A stretch of 63,307 nucleotides of DNA, filler included, from Octopus bimaculoides (GCF_001194135.2; 8 parts of 8 records of this genome joined end to end with filler, not necessarily neighbours in it), one strand, 5' to 3'; positions 27,670 to 41,638 are shown, numbered from the whole stretch's first letter. Translations and numbers: made by a program. The notes: generated from the sequence alone by a model not told the origin.

Positions 27670-28689
27670 TATGTATGTATTTACCATTGCTGATAGCAAT
27701 GATATATGTATATGTACATATATGCATATATAGAAAGAGTGGAGGAGGGAAGGGGAGAGGGAAGAGAAAGAGAGAGAAAAAGATACATGGAGAATGTAGA
27801 GTATAGCAGGTTTATATTTGGTTAAAGTAACTGATATTTCTTGCTTACAATACTTTTAGCTTTATAAACTTATAAGAATCTTCTTCACTGTTCTTATCCC
27901 ATCAATTTATAACACATGAACAACGTGCAGTCATCTGCTTTAGCACCACAACCTGGCCCTGGAGTGCCTTTAGCTAATACAACATTGTTGATGTATGTAG
28001 TCGATCAACAACCCTGGTCCGAGAATAACCCATGAATCAAGCTACTTCTTTGCTTTTAGCCAACGCCGGATCCCCAACGAATTGCTTATAGACTCTGACA
28101 CACTTTCTTTCACTAAGTCTGCTAAAAATAAAAAAATAATTGAAAATGAGAATAAAAAATACGTAATCATCAATGGATTTTGCCGAAATGCAATATTTTT
28201 GACAAATGTGGTTACGGGAAGACGTGAAATAATTTTGATGAGCTCATGAAAAAAAAAAAAAATAGTTACAAGACAACTTGAGCATAGCACAGAACTGGAA
28301 AAATATTTTGAATATTTTGCACGAAAATATCTCGAATACTTTTAAGCCAGTAGTGTACTAAGCTCAATATCACCACTTTGTTAGCTAATATGAACGATAA
28401 ATTTGGATGACATCCCACAGATACTGCTATGCGGTGTTTCTTTACCCTAGATTTTGATCCGGGTCAACCCCTATAGATCAGGCCCATGATGAAACGTTTT
28501 CTCAGTTGTCACCATCCCGTTTTGTTTTCAGGAAACGTATTTAGAGATACATTTACCTAAACCCTTCTCTCTTAATCTCATATGAGATCACTTAAAAATT
28601 ACAAATTTCGTAATTATCTGTCAATATTTACACATATCTAACCTTTTTGCTATATCTTGAAATGTCATTTTGATCATTCCAGCGTGTTT

Positions 28690-28763
28690 CTAAGGCTGTT
28701 TTATGCTAGAAATCAAAGTTTCATAAAAAAATTCCAGTTAATAGAATTATGGGAGGTAATGGG
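28690..28763. mobile_element. piggyBac-like terminus
   Basis: Ends GGGAGGTAATGGG|TTAA. Confidence 0.35.
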
Positions 28764-29351
28764 TTAAAGAAGATATGGTGTGATTTTGCTGTTATGTTTA
28801 GAAGCTCTGACGTTTAACCAGAGTTTGAAGCTTTAGGCGAGTTCAATAATCCTGGATTGCTGTTTTTTAGAAAGGGTTTCCTGTGAATCCTCAAGCCCCA
28901 TAAGGGACAACAGTTTCCCACATGAGATCAAATCAAATGCCATTAAAAAAAAAAAGCATGAGAAAAACATCATATCTAGATCTTGTGAACAGAAATTTCT
29001 TGGAAAACAAGAACAACAGAAAAGAAAAATGAAACTCGAGCTAAATCAAGCCACCATTTTAACCTGGAGCAACAATAATGTTAAAACTGTAAAAGAGTAC
29101 ATGATAAAGGTATTTCTGGATAGCTAATAAGCAGTTCTCATCTCCACAAATGCTACATACGTATAGATCCTGCTTATCTTCAACATATCTGGTTATAACG
29201 GGTTATGTACTTACCTACCTGATACAAATGATAGTATTATCAATACACACACTGATGTGGTTTAGATATCCATAGATAGCCTAATAATTAGATAGGTAAC
29301 GACTTCACTTTTAACGTTGCACTTCATGTATACCTGGGCACACACGCGCAA

Positions 29352-29391
<40 letters not shown>

Positions 29392-30540
29392 TTATATGTA
29401 TGTTTGTTTGTATGTATGTATGTTTGTTTGTATGTATGTATGTATGTAGTGTGTGTGTGTGTGTGTTTGTGTGTGTGTATATACGGTTGCCTGCTTTCTG
29501 AGGCTGTGAACGATGTATTTATGGATGATACGAATGTAACAATACGCACTGAAGCCTGAATACGCCTGATACTTTCCCATGATAGCTTAGCTGCTTAGAA
29601 TAGAAACACGGAGAACACGATTTTACTGTGCTTTCCAGAGTGGAATGTTTTTGAACATAACTATGACACAGAATTCGCAGCTGTAAAAGAATACTTGAAA
29701 GTAATTATCTTAACTTATCCACCTCTTGGCAAAAGGAACACAAGGAGCCGCATACGGAAGTAGCTGTCTTATGCTGGTGGCCTTCAAGACTACGTAAGAA
29801 ACAGGTTTTGCTTGATGCCTGCCTAAAACTGGCTTTTTTACTGTCTTACATGCAGATAGAAGCAGAATATTCTAGCCTTCGAATGTTGGCTTAGCTTGAT
29901 CAACACAATGGTTTTCATTTATCAACGAAATAGAAAGGGCTTGCTATTATGTATGTATGTTTGTAAGTACGTACGTACGCACAAAGGTTATGTATGTTTA
30001 GGCATACACGTACGTATGAACCACTCTTCTACTTGGTAATGTCGTTGAACTGCGGCCATAAAGAGTTTCTTCGAAAATGAAATTTTAAAAAAACGACCCT
30101 AGTAAATATTTTCGAAGTCTGGTACTTAACCTTTTGGTTTCGCTAGGTAACGGGAAAGTAAAAAAACGAACATCTGTCGTCAAGCAGTGTGTCTGGTGGT
30201 AGTGGTGGTTGTGTTGGTGGTGTTGGGAGACAGACACGCACGCACATACACACACATGCGCACGCATGCGCGCACACATATAACATGTGTGTGTGTGTGT
30301 GTGTGTGTAACCTATGGAGCAGATATACAAACCTGGCAAAATCTACGCGTTACTCCGTAGTGAAAAAAAGATGAACAGCCTTCATCGATTTGATATCTTA
30401 TTGGATTCTCACCAGAGGCGTCTACATAAATTTCACCAATCCCAGAGAAACAAGTAACCAATTTGTTTATGCACTCTGCAAACTCAGAGGCTACAGGCCG
30501 CAGCGCCTATTAAATTCCACACTGTAAGTGCTTCACACAT

Positions 30541-31205
30541 GGATCTTTTCTGTTCGGCTGCTATTTCAATTTCTTCAATTTTGCTCCACTTGAGTTCAAA
30601 TTTGGTGTATTGGTGTGGTTTTGTATGGTAATCATTGTTATGAAATTAATTTTCTCTATAAATCAATAAATAAAGAGTTAATAGCTTTTAAAGTTTGAAA
30701 AATTTGGGTAATTTTAGCCAATCGAAAGCCACAGACAAACAGGTGCTTGTTTCTATAGTAAAATTTGCAAAAAACCACGTGTTTACAAACTGATAATTTG
30801 CACTGCGTCTTCTTGCTTGTATCCATCTTTTTCTGCTCTTAAAACTACAAAATGGGTTGTTTATTCTTATTTTTTTCGCATTCAACATATTTCTTGTTTA
30901 CTCGGTTTTTTAGTCATTTTCTTTTATTAAATGCTTGAAACACATGCATCGTCGCAATGTTGATATTATTGTTTTGTCGTCTTACGATTTTAGTCACGCA
31001 CAAAATGACTGCTTCGAAATCCTATTTTCTGACTGAGAAAAAATAATCAAACCTTAAACCTCTGTAACTTCTTTAGATTCTTTTCTTGATCAAGTGAATT
31101 AGACCTTGAGATTCAGCGTAAAAAATTCCATTTGTACACATAATTTGAAAATTTTCACTTAATTCTAAAATTTCAAAAATTTCTGCAGCCAAGCAGAAAA
31201 GATCC
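30541..31205. mobile_element. Non-autonomous TIR element with GGATCTTT termini
   Basis: GGATCTTTTCTGTTCGGCTGC ... GCAGCCAAGCAGAAAAGATCC; 21-bp inverted termini with 2 mismatches; TSD unclear. Confidence 0.65.
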
Positions 31206-31307
31206 TAACATTTTATTTATATTAGCATCCGGTCAAATTGGATCTCAGTACACAGAGTATCAAGGTATGACATGATATATGTACACTTGTATAGTAGGTA
31301 TATAAAC

Positions 31308-31452
31308 AGGGCAAAGTGTCTGTGTGGTAAGAAGCTTGCTTCCCAACCACATGGTTCTGAGCTCGTGCCACTTCTACTATAGCCTCGGGCCGACCAAAGC
31401 ATTGTCAGTGGATTTGGTAGACGGAAACTGAGAGAAACGCGTCGAATATACG

Positions 31453-31509
<57 letters not shown>

Positions 31510-31725
31510 ATGTATGCAGGTATTTGTGTGTCTGTGTTTGTCCTCACCATCATTGCTTGACAACCGATGTTGGTGTATTTACGTCCCCGTAACCTTGCAG
31601 TTCGGGAAAACAGATCGATAGAATAAGTACTAGGCTTACAAAAAATAAGTCCTGGGATCGATTTGCTCGACTAAACGCGGTACTCCAGCATGGTTGCAGT
31701 CAAATGACTGAAGCAAATAGAATAA
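31308..31725 (+). mobile_element. SINE family B copy
   Basis: Colinear with family B; deletion in the head; CpGs largely retained. Confidence 0.88.
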
Positions 31726-32745
31726 TAAGAGAATATATATATATATATATAGATGTCCAAGTTGCCACGCGGTGGTACTGAACCCGAAACAACNNNNNNN
31801 NNNNNNNNNNNNNNNNNNNNNNNNNNNNNNNNNNNNNNNNNNNNNNNNNNNNNNNNNNNNNNNNNNNNNNNNNNNNNNNNNNNNNNNNNNNNNNNNNNNN
31901 NNNNNNNNNNNNNNNNNNNNNNNNNNNNNNNNNNNNNNNNNNNNNNNNNNNNNNNNNNNNNNNNNNNNNNNNNNNNNNNNNNNNNNNNNNNNNNNNNNNN
32001 NNNNNNNNNNNNNNNNNNNNNNNNNNNNNNNNNNNNNNNNNNNNNNNNNNNNNNNNNNNNNNNNNNNNNNNNNNNNNNNNNNNNNNNNNNNNNNNNNNNN
32101 NNNNNNNNNNNNNNNNNNNNNNNNNNNNNNNNNNNNNNNNNNNNNNNNNNNNNNNNNNNNNNNNNNNNNNNNNNNNNNNNNNNNNNNNNNNNNNNNNNNN
32201 NNNNNNNNNNNNNNNNNNNNNNNNNNNNNNNNNNNNNNNNNNNNNNNNNNNNNNNNNNNNNNNNNNNNNNNNNNNNNNNNNNNNNNNNNNNNNNNNNNNN
32301 NNNNNNNNNNNNNNNNNNNNNNNNNNNNNNNNNNNNNNNNNNNNNNNNNNNNNNNNNNNNNNNNNNNNNNNNNNNNNNNNNNNNNNNNNNNNNNNNNNNN
32401 NNNNNNNNNNNNNNNNNNNNNNNNNNNNNNNNNNNNNNNNNNNNNNNNNNNNNNNNNNNNNNNNNNNNNNNNNNNNNNNNNNNNNNNNNNNNNNNNNNNN
32501 NNNNNNNNNNNNNNNNNNNNNNNNNNNNNNNNNNNNNNNNNNNNNNNNNNNNNNNNNNNNNNNNNNNNNNNNNNNNNNNNNNNNNNNNNNNNNNNNNNNN
32601 NNNNNNNNNNNNNNNNNNNNNNNNNNNNNNNNNNNNNNNNNNNNNNNNNNNNNNNNNNNNNNNNNNNNNNNNNNNNNNNNNNNNNNNNNNNNNNNNNNNN
32701 NNNNNNNNNNNNNNNNNNNNNNNNNNNNNNNNNNNNNNNNNNNNN

Positions 32746-32802
<57 letters not shown>

Positions 32803-33306
32803 TGTACGTTTGTGTATTTATGCGTATGGGAAACCATATTGCTATAAAACCCTATAAGTAGTACAACAATGAAAACTAGTTCCTCAAGTGCTAGGACCTT
32901 TTTTAAAAAGCAACTTCCATTTTGTTCTTTGTCCTCCCACTACCTCCCACTACATACTCTCGCCTACTTTCTCTTTCTCTCTTTCTCTTCATTCCACGAT
33001 AACACCATGACCCGAGCAAGAACAAATTCAACGCAAGAAAGTAAATATCATTTGGTATTTACAGAAGAAAGTTCACGGAAGGAAAAGAAAGAAAGGGTGA
33101 AGAAAAGCAGGAGGAGAAAGGGTTGAAGTGGGAGGTAATGACGTGTTGTCCTTTGTTTCATTAATGTTTCAACACCCTCCACCTCTACGTACTTCTGCCA
33201 ATTCGCATCATATCTTCTTTACAACACACACACACACATTCACACGCATACACTTACGTGTGTGTATACATGTACATATATTTGTGTGTGTATATATATA
33301 TGAATG

Positions 33307-33355
<49 letters not shown>

Positions 33356-33683
33356 NNNNNNNNNNNNNNNNNNNNNNNNNNNNNNNNNNNNNNNNNNNNN
33401 NNNNNNNNNNNNNNNNNNNNNNNNNNNNNNNNNNNNNNNNNNNNNNNNNNNNNNNNNNNNNNNNNNNNNNNNNNNNNNNNNNNNNNNNNNNNNNNNNNNN
33501 NNNNNNNNNNNNNNNNNNNNNNNNNNNNNNNNNNNNNNNNNNNNNNNNNNNNNNNNNNNNNNNNNNNNNNTATATATATACAATATATATATATACATAT
33601 ATACACATACATACATATATATACTTATATGTATGTATGTATGTATGTATGTATATATATATATATATATATATAATATATTA

Positions 33684-33715
<32 letters not shown>

Positions 33716-34269
33716 CAATGGTACGTGCGTGCATGTAAGTGTGCATAGGTATACACTGGCACACACACAGAGGCAAACACATATGTGTATGTGCGTGTAT
33801 ATATATATATATATATATTGGTATTCACACACAAAAAAATATTTAAAAAACAAAAAGGATACTCGCAGCTTGGATTTTGTTGAATGTAAATAAGAAGAGG
33901 GGTCGAAGGTGTAGGAGGCTGGGGTCATTTAATCTAAGCAACTAACAGGAAGTTGACACTTGAAGCGTTTCTTTGATAGCAAGTAAAGTAAATAAATATG
34001 AGTGGAGTCATTAGCCGAAGAACTACGATAACAGCCGAGTACAAACGGTGGAGAAGGGGCTGGATTCTTGCTACGATGGATTCAGTTGTTATGGAGAGGT
34101 AATCCAAGTATGTGTGTGGCTGCGAGGGGGTGGTCACGCTTTTGTTGTGTTCGTTTTGTTTGTGTATGTTTGGGGAGTTGGTTTAGGTTTTTTTTTTTGT
34201 TCGTTTTACTCCTATATTTGGTGTCAGTATTGTAGTTGTTGTTCTTAATTTTATTGTTGTTGTTGTTGT

Positions 34270-34345
34270 TTAACCCCAGGTCAAACCTGATTGAGTTGGC
34301 CTTGGATCAAAGATATTTCACCTGTGGCCATCAACCTGTAGCTTC
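34270..34345 (+). repeat. Old dispersed repeat fragment
   Basis: AACCCCAGGTCAAACCTGAT...GATCAAAG...CCATC resembles segments near 28462, 36078 and 43760; heavily diverged. Confidence 0.35.
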
Positions 34346-34388
34346 AAACTACATCAAAGATTGTATTAGGAATCAAGATTCTGAGTAT

Positions 34389-34840
34389 CAATGAGGCGAG
34401 CTGGTAGGATCGTTACCGCTACGGACAAAATGTTCCGCGGCATTTCGACCGGCTTGACGCTCTGAGTTCAGGTTTCGCCGAGGTTCATTTTCCCTCTCAT
34501 CTTTCTAGGGTCGATAAATTACGTACCAGTTGAATACTGGGTTCAACGTAATCGACTTACCTCTCCCCCAAAGTTTCAGGCCTTGTGCTTATAGTGGAAA
34601 GGATTATTATTAAGGCGTCGAGCTGGCAGAATCGTTACCGCGGCGGACAAAATCTTCAGCGGCATTTCGTCTGTCTTTACGTTCGGAGTACAAGTTCCAC
34701 TGAGGTCGACTTTGCCTTTTATCTTTTCCGGGTCGATAGAATAAGTACCAGTTGATTACTTGGGCTGTTGTAATCGATTTATCCCCTTCTCCATAAAAAA
34801 ATCATGAAGACCTTGAGCCAAAATTTGAAACCATTATTAT
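34389..34840 (+). mobile_element. Two head-to-tail SINE family A copies
   Basis: Two GGCG(A/TC)GAGCTGG heads (34389, 34612) joined by GGATTATTATT; the two copies carry different tail variants. Confidence 0.88.
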
Positions 34841-34989
34841 TTGCCATAAAGCCTACAAAATCTGAAAAATAGAATTATTTTCAAAAAATAATTAAGTATA
34901 CACATTGTGCCATAATTTTAATTTTAACTGAATCTTATTGTTCGATTAGTAAGATTGTATTATCTTAGGGTATTTTGCAGTTTTACTAA

Positions 34990-35079
34990 AGGTGTGGCTG
35001 CGTGGTAAGAAGCTCGCTTGCCAAACACATGGTTCCAGGTTCAGCCCCACTTTGTGGCACCTTGGGCAAATGTCTTCTA
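34990..35079 (+). mobile_element. SINE family B head, truncated
   Basis: GTGGCTGCGTGGTAAG...GTGGCACCTTGGGCAAATGTCTTCTAC, followed directly by GGATCTTT. Confidence 0.8.
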
Positions 35080-35344
35080 CGGATCTTTATGGTTTGACGG
35101 CCAACACTTGTTTTCTTAACGAAACACTTTCAAACTTGGGATACTGGTAGAATGTGTCATATAAAACATCTTTTTCTCTTAGCCTTCTTAACAAAAATTA
35201 CTTCTTAATAAGTTATTACATGTTAAAGTTGTCGTATTTCTGTAATTTCAACCAATCACTGACGTCTATTCAGCTGAATACAGTTAGTGCTGTTCGGTGT
35301 CAAGTGTGTTATTCCTTGTTTAATTATATCATTATTCCCTAGTA

Positions 35345-35396
35345 AGGGTTTAGGGTTTTAGGGTTAGGGTTCGGGTTTTAGGGTTAGGGTTGGGGT
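35345..35396 (+). repeat. Degenerate telomere-like (TTAGGG) repeats
   Basis: AGGGTTTAGGGTTTTAGGGTTAGGGTTCGGGTTTTAGGGTTAGGGTTGGGG, running into a gap. Confidence 0.85.
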
Positions 35397-36539
35397 NNNN
35401 NNNNNNNNNNNNNNNNNNNNNNNNNNNNNNNNNNNNNNNNTTAATTAATTAANNNNNNNNNNNNNNNNNNNNNNNNNNNNNNNNNNNNNNNNNNNNATAT
35501 ATATTTCGTGCAGAAACTCAGCATCAATTAGGACGACTGGAATAAATTTAAATGTTACAATGCTTCACATTAGGTTAAAATAACAATGTAAACTGATTAT
35601 TTTTATCCAAGTGATTTGCAGAAAAACAGCAGAAGAGAATCTCCTGGCGGATCGTTTCGGAATTTGTAAGTCACTCCTCAGAGAAGACGTAGCCAATCTC
35701 GCTTAGGAACGATCGGCAAAATTTCACACTTCTGTCTGACTATCTGAACCATGAAATCCTTGAGAAACACTTCGTGAAGATTTCCAGCTTTAATAGAATG
35801 CATTTTCCTCTACCTTTTAGATTCGGGTGCTATCTCCTCCACTCTGCTTTGCATTTATGTATTCACATGTGTATGTCTGTGTGTGTATGTGTGTGTATGT
35901 GTGTGTGCGTGTGTGCGAGCTTGCGGGCGGGCGTGTGGGCATGTGTGCATGTACATATGTAGGATAAGATAACTGAAATGAGTAAAGAGTGACTGCGCTG
36001 AGAAAGGTGAAAGAGAGGAAGAGAGAATATTATAAAGTAACACTTGTTGCCGCTTTGCAGTTATTTTTGTTGTTTCCGCCCAGTTCAGCCCTCATCAAGC
36101 AGATCTAAAATAAAGTCATTTTAGCCGTGACTAACCGACCAACTAATCTATTTTTTTCCGGCTCAGTCTATCTGGAACTACATCCTCTGATGTGTCTTTT
36201 CCATTTCGAAGGCAGCAGTGTATGAAGCGAGGGAAATTTCTCTGCTATTTTTAGCAGGTCTAGTAACCACTTACTATTTGACTCATCGTCTCGTTTATAA
36301 TATTGTTGCGTTTCTCACCTTTGTTTTGTTTTTTTACCTCTAATTGAGCATTCTTACCATCAAAACCAATCCATTTATTCTATTTTTCATTTAGAAGAAA
36401 CACGGTACCACATTATCGACGAAAGTACGACAGTCTTTGAGGAAGATTTAACTACTATTTCTAGCATGTCGAGTGACCACATAGCGGCTTTGTCTTTGGC
36501 TTTCTACCATTGTTGCTTTTGTTATTATTATTGCTGTTT

Positions 36540-36980
36540 GCTGCTGCTGCTGCTGTTGTTGTTGTTGTTGTTGTTGTTGCTCTTGTTTTGTTTATTCCAT
36601 ATCGCCTTCGGTCTCAGTTCAAATGCAGCTGGTCGCACAGTATGATTACAGCCAATTTTTTGCACTTGTGATCGGAGGTGGTGGTGGTGGTGATTATGGC
36701 GGTGGGGTGGTTGTGGTGGTGGTTCTGGTGGCATTTTTGATGATGATAGTGATGATCACGATGCTGTTGTTGTTGTGGACAATGATGAGGATGATGATAG
36801 TGATGATGATGACGATAATGATAATGATGATGATGATGATGATAACGATAATGATGACGATGATGATGATGATGATAATGATGATGATAACGATAATGAT
36901 GACGATGATGATGATGATGATTATGATGGTGGTGATGGTGATGATGATGATGATGACGATGATGATGATGATGACAATAA

Positions 36981-37014
<34 letters not shown>

Positions 37015-37061
37015 TATGATGGTGGTGATGATGATGATGATGATGATGATGATGGTGGTGG

Positions 37062-37106
<45 letters not shown>

Positions 37107-37515
37107 GATGATGATGATGATGCTTGTTGCTGTTGTTGTTATAGCGTCTGGGGCGATATTTCTGATAATTAAGGTTGATTAAAGAAAACTGCTACTGCTA
37201 CTGCTACTGCTACTGCTACTGCTTCTCCTGTTGCTGCTGCTGATACTGCTGCTGCTGCTGCTGATAGTGACAACGATTATGGTTAAGGTGATGGTGGTAA
37301 CGGTGATGGTGGTGAAGGGAGATTACAATGGCGTCGGCAGCAGATTTTGTTGCTGTAGCAGAGGTGGTGGCGGAGCTTAAATTACGATTATTATAATGAT
37401 GACGATAGTGTCGACAACGGTAACGATGATGACGATGATGATGACGACGATGATGATGATGGTGATGATTAAGATAATGATGATGATGATGATGATGATG
37501 ATGATTAAGGTGATA

Positions 37516-37552
<37 letters not shown>

Positions 37553-37560
37553 CGTAGACG
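36540..37560. repeat. (GAT/GAC/GGT/CTG)n triplet mosaic
   Basis: Read directly; source of the poly-D and poly-M ORFs. Confidence 0.9.
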
Positions 37561-38238
37561 AACGGCAATGACATTGTCGTTTACTAAAATTGTAAGGCGT
37601 CAAAGGTACCCTAGCTTACTTCTTCTTTCCTGCTCAGATAACATCATCTCACATAACACAATATCACATGACCACCGGTCATACGATTCCAACTTAGTGT
37701 CTACCGTTCTATGCCAGTGTATAATTGTCTCCCTTTACACACTGTGTATGTCTTCGTGTGTACCCGCGCGTGCGTGCGCGTTCGTTTTTGTGAGTGAGTG
37801 TGCGTGAATAGTTGTGCACATGAGTATGGCTGAGATATGACTAAATAACATTTAAGGACCCTTGGTTCGCAGTCTTGAGACAATGGATCCGAGCCCTCAG
37901 TATGGCACCTTCGGCGTGAGGTGGGTGGATGGGCGGGTAAGTGACAGTTACCATAGCCTTTTGGAATAAATGCCTTCTGAGTTAACATCCATCGATGGAA
38001 ACTTTGTCGAAACCTGTCAACCAGATTTCACCTGTGAATCGAAATTTCGTCCAAGCAACGTGTTGATTCTACCTGAGGATTACGCTAAAGGTACACGTAC
38101 CTGTGAAATATTCGATAACTTCTAAGCCAATTCAATGAGTTCGGTTGATCGAACAACTTGAGCCTTATTGTCGAAAAGCAAGGAGATTTAATCAGTAATA
38201 AAAAAAATATCAAGCAGAAAAGGAAAAAAATTCAGTTG

Positions 38239-38397
<159 letters not shown>

Positions 38398-38693
38398 TGA
38401 AAGAGAGAAAGACAGAGATTCTATTGTAACTGTAAATCTATGAATGAATGTCTATGCTTAGGTATAGGTGTGCATGAATATACGGAAATGTATATACATG
38501 CGACTGTGTGAGTATATATATGTATGAATATATATATACGTGTGTTTGTGTGTGTGTGTATGTGTATGTATTTATGTGCATGTATGTATATGTCTCTGTA
38601 TGTATGTATCTCTATATGTAATGTATGTTTATGCCTGTGTATGTATACATATGTGTCAATGTCTGTGTGTCTACATGTGTATGTGTGTGTCTA

Positions 38694-38764
<71 letters not shown>

Positions 38765-39305
38765 ACAAGCGAGGAATATTCAATCGGTTGCCATGGTTAT
38801 TAATGGACACGCTGAAATTAAAATATTCTGTTTTTGTATTTGTCTTGTTTATATATATAATTTTCATTTTTTTTATTTTTATTTTTATATTTACTTATTT
38901 GTTTCTTTCTTTATTTATTATACGTCTTCCCGGGTGTGTTTACCAAAGTCTCCAAACACTGGCTTTCCACACAACAGACACACTGAAAACAATAAGAAAC
39001 GCAGCAACAACAAAAACAACAACAACAACAACAACAGCAGCAGCAGCAGCAGCAGCAAGAACAACAAAACCGGCAACAACAATAACGCAACATGGCCGAC
39101 AACAAGAGTAAAATCAACTTCCAACATTTTCGATAGCAACAGCAGCAACAAACACTATACAAAACAACGAACAATAACAACAACAACAACAATAACAGCA
39201 GCAGCAGCAACAGTAACGACATAGATATCCCCCCTCACCAAAAAAAAAAAAAGAAAGAAAAATCCAACGCTGCAAAAGAATAAAATCGACTTCAGCAACA
39301 ATAAC

Positions 39306-39343
<38 letters not shown>

Positions 39344-39511
39344 CAACAACAATAGTACCATTGCAATGAACTAAAACAATGAACTAAAACAATGAACTAA
39401 AACAAACGCGATAACAATACTTGTGAGGGAATTTGCTGGACAGAAACTGTGAGGAAACCCGATGTATGTAAATATACATATATATAAATGTTTGTTAGAA
39501 TAAATAAATAA

Positions 39512-39559
<48 letters not shown>

Positions 39560-39560
<1 letters not shown>

Positions 39561-39746
39561 GCAAAGCCACTACACATTCTTTATTTTCTCTCCTTGTCTC
39601 TTTCTGTGTTCCTTTCTGTGGAAGAGCGTAGGCTCGAAACGTTAAAGACTTTTTCAATTCCCAACCGTTAAACTAATACATCTGTTTGTTGTCTATACCA
39701 CCTGTCTTCGTCTTTTGTCTTTTTCTGTGAATTCTCCCTATATATA
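39560..39746 (+). mobile_element. Penelope-like terminal repeat
   Basis: GAAGAGCGTAGGCTCGAAACGTT motif plus the ACCACCTGTCTTCGTC tail shared with 22198. Confidence 0.55.
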
Positions 39747-39846
39747 NNNNNNNNNNNNNNNNNNNNNNNNNNNNNNNNNNNNNNNNNNNNTTAATTAATT
39801 AANNNNNNNNNNNNNNNNNNNNNNNNNNNNNNNNNNNNNNNNNNNN

Positions 39847-39885
<39 letters not shown>

Positions 39886-40594
39886 TATACACACGCTCAC
39901 AAACAAGTACAAATATATACACATATGCACACGGTACACGCACGAATTAACACATGCACACATGTATATGTATGTACGTACGTACGTATTTATGCATGTA
40001 TGTATGTGCGTACCTATGTATGTGTGTATGTGTGTGCGTATGTGTGTGTTTGTGTGGTAGCTTTCTTTTTTTTATTATTAGAATTCTTTTTAGTCAGTAG
40101 TTGGTTTCTAACAAAGAAAATTAAATCACCATAGCCAGAATTTGAACAATAACAACTAATACTCCTGGACATCAGAAGAGTCTAGCATACTTTTACTGCT
40201 CAGGTGGTCAGTTTCTTTGCCACCCAAACATTTGTTAACATACCCGAGCGTACCAATAATTATTGGTATAAATGTAAATTTATAATCAAGGTAGAGAAAT
40301 TATAGGTTTGTCACCAGTTGTCCGTAAATATTCATTTTCTGATTTTAAAAGCGATGTTCACACACTCTGGGCATCAGGCGTCTATGATTCAATATCATTT
40401 TGTATTCAAATTTGATGAAAGTTTCGATGTGAAAGTTCTGTCACTGTTCTGGAATATATGTACTCAGTGACAAAAATATTTTGTATACCTGTCTTAGTTT
40501 TTGATGCGAAGGCAAGGATTTTTTCTTTTAGTAACAACATCTGCATTTTGTATGTATGTATGTATGTATGTATGTATGTATGTATGTATGTATG

Positions 40595-40625
<31 letters not shown>

Positions 40626-40789
40626 TGTATGTATGTACGTATGCATGTATGTATGTATGTATGTATGTATGTATGTATGTATGCATGCATATATGCATGT
40701 ATGTATGTATGTATGTATGTATGTATGTATGTATGTATGTATGTATGTATGTATGTGCAGTTTTGTATGTTTTATGTATGTATTCTCAT

Positions 40790-41570
40790 GCATATAGTTG
40801 CATGTCTAGACATGCTCATATATATTTAAATGATAAACTTCTGGAAAGTTTTACAGATTTTTACAGTTCCAGTGATGGATTGGATTTGTAGTCTTCGAAT
40901 TAGCTTTCTCCTTTCTAGTTGTGAGAAGCCTTATTTCTCAAGATTTGTATTTAAGCAGTGTGTTACATATCCCAGGACTCCAATAATTACAGGTATAAAC
41001 CTGAACTTGTAATCTGTATAGAGTAACTACAGATTTCTCAATAGTTCAGCGTAGGTGTTGTCTTTTTCACTGATCTACAGCTTTATGTTAACAACTGCTG
41101 GGCAGCTGATTTCCTCAACTGTACACAGTTTCTCTTCTTTATCCCAAATCATTATATCAGGTCTGATGTGCTTACACTTTATTGAGGTCTTCACTGGGAC
41201 ATTCCAGCAATATTCCTTTTCATTATGAGTGGCTATGGCTTCTGCCACATTATGGGTTTTTATTTCTTTGTCCTCAGGATTATCCTTCCGATAGATTTCA
41301 TTATAGAGTGTCCTAGGTACAACGTCTCATCGGAAGATAATGTCTCATCGGAAGATAATACCGTGATGACATTTTCGGACAACTGCTTATGATGTGCGTG
41401 ATATGCACAGTGTGAACTCCACAAATCTGCATCGGTTGTCACATTTTACTGCTTTTCCTGCATCTCTATCCCTTTTGTGCATCAGGTATTTGGTTGAAAT
41501 TTCCTGTTCATGGATTGCAAACGCATACCTTTCAAAGTGGGAGCTAGTAATCCGGCTTTTGGCCCTTGAT
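40790..41570 (-). mobile_element. Third RLE-type LINE family, 5'-truncated, flanked by (CATA)n
   Basis: ITSSHFERYAFAIHEQEISTKYLMHKRDRD...CRF...DVVPRTLYNEI...YCWNVPVKTSIKCKHIRPDIMIWDKEEKLCTVEEISCPA...FIPVIIGVLGYV...SITGTVKICKTFQKF. Confidence 0.88.
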
Positions 41571-41574
41571 AAAC

Positions 41575-41605
<31 letters not shown>

Positions 41606-41607
41606 TG

Positions 41608-41638
<31 letters not shown>

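Noticed and set aside
39364-39402. 13-bp tandem CAATGAACTAAAA x3
   Set aside because: A simple slippage minisatellite with no spacers; not CRISPR-like.
41322-41359. 18-bp tandem GTCTCATCGGAAGATAAT x2
   Set aside because: A local duplication inside a dead LINE.
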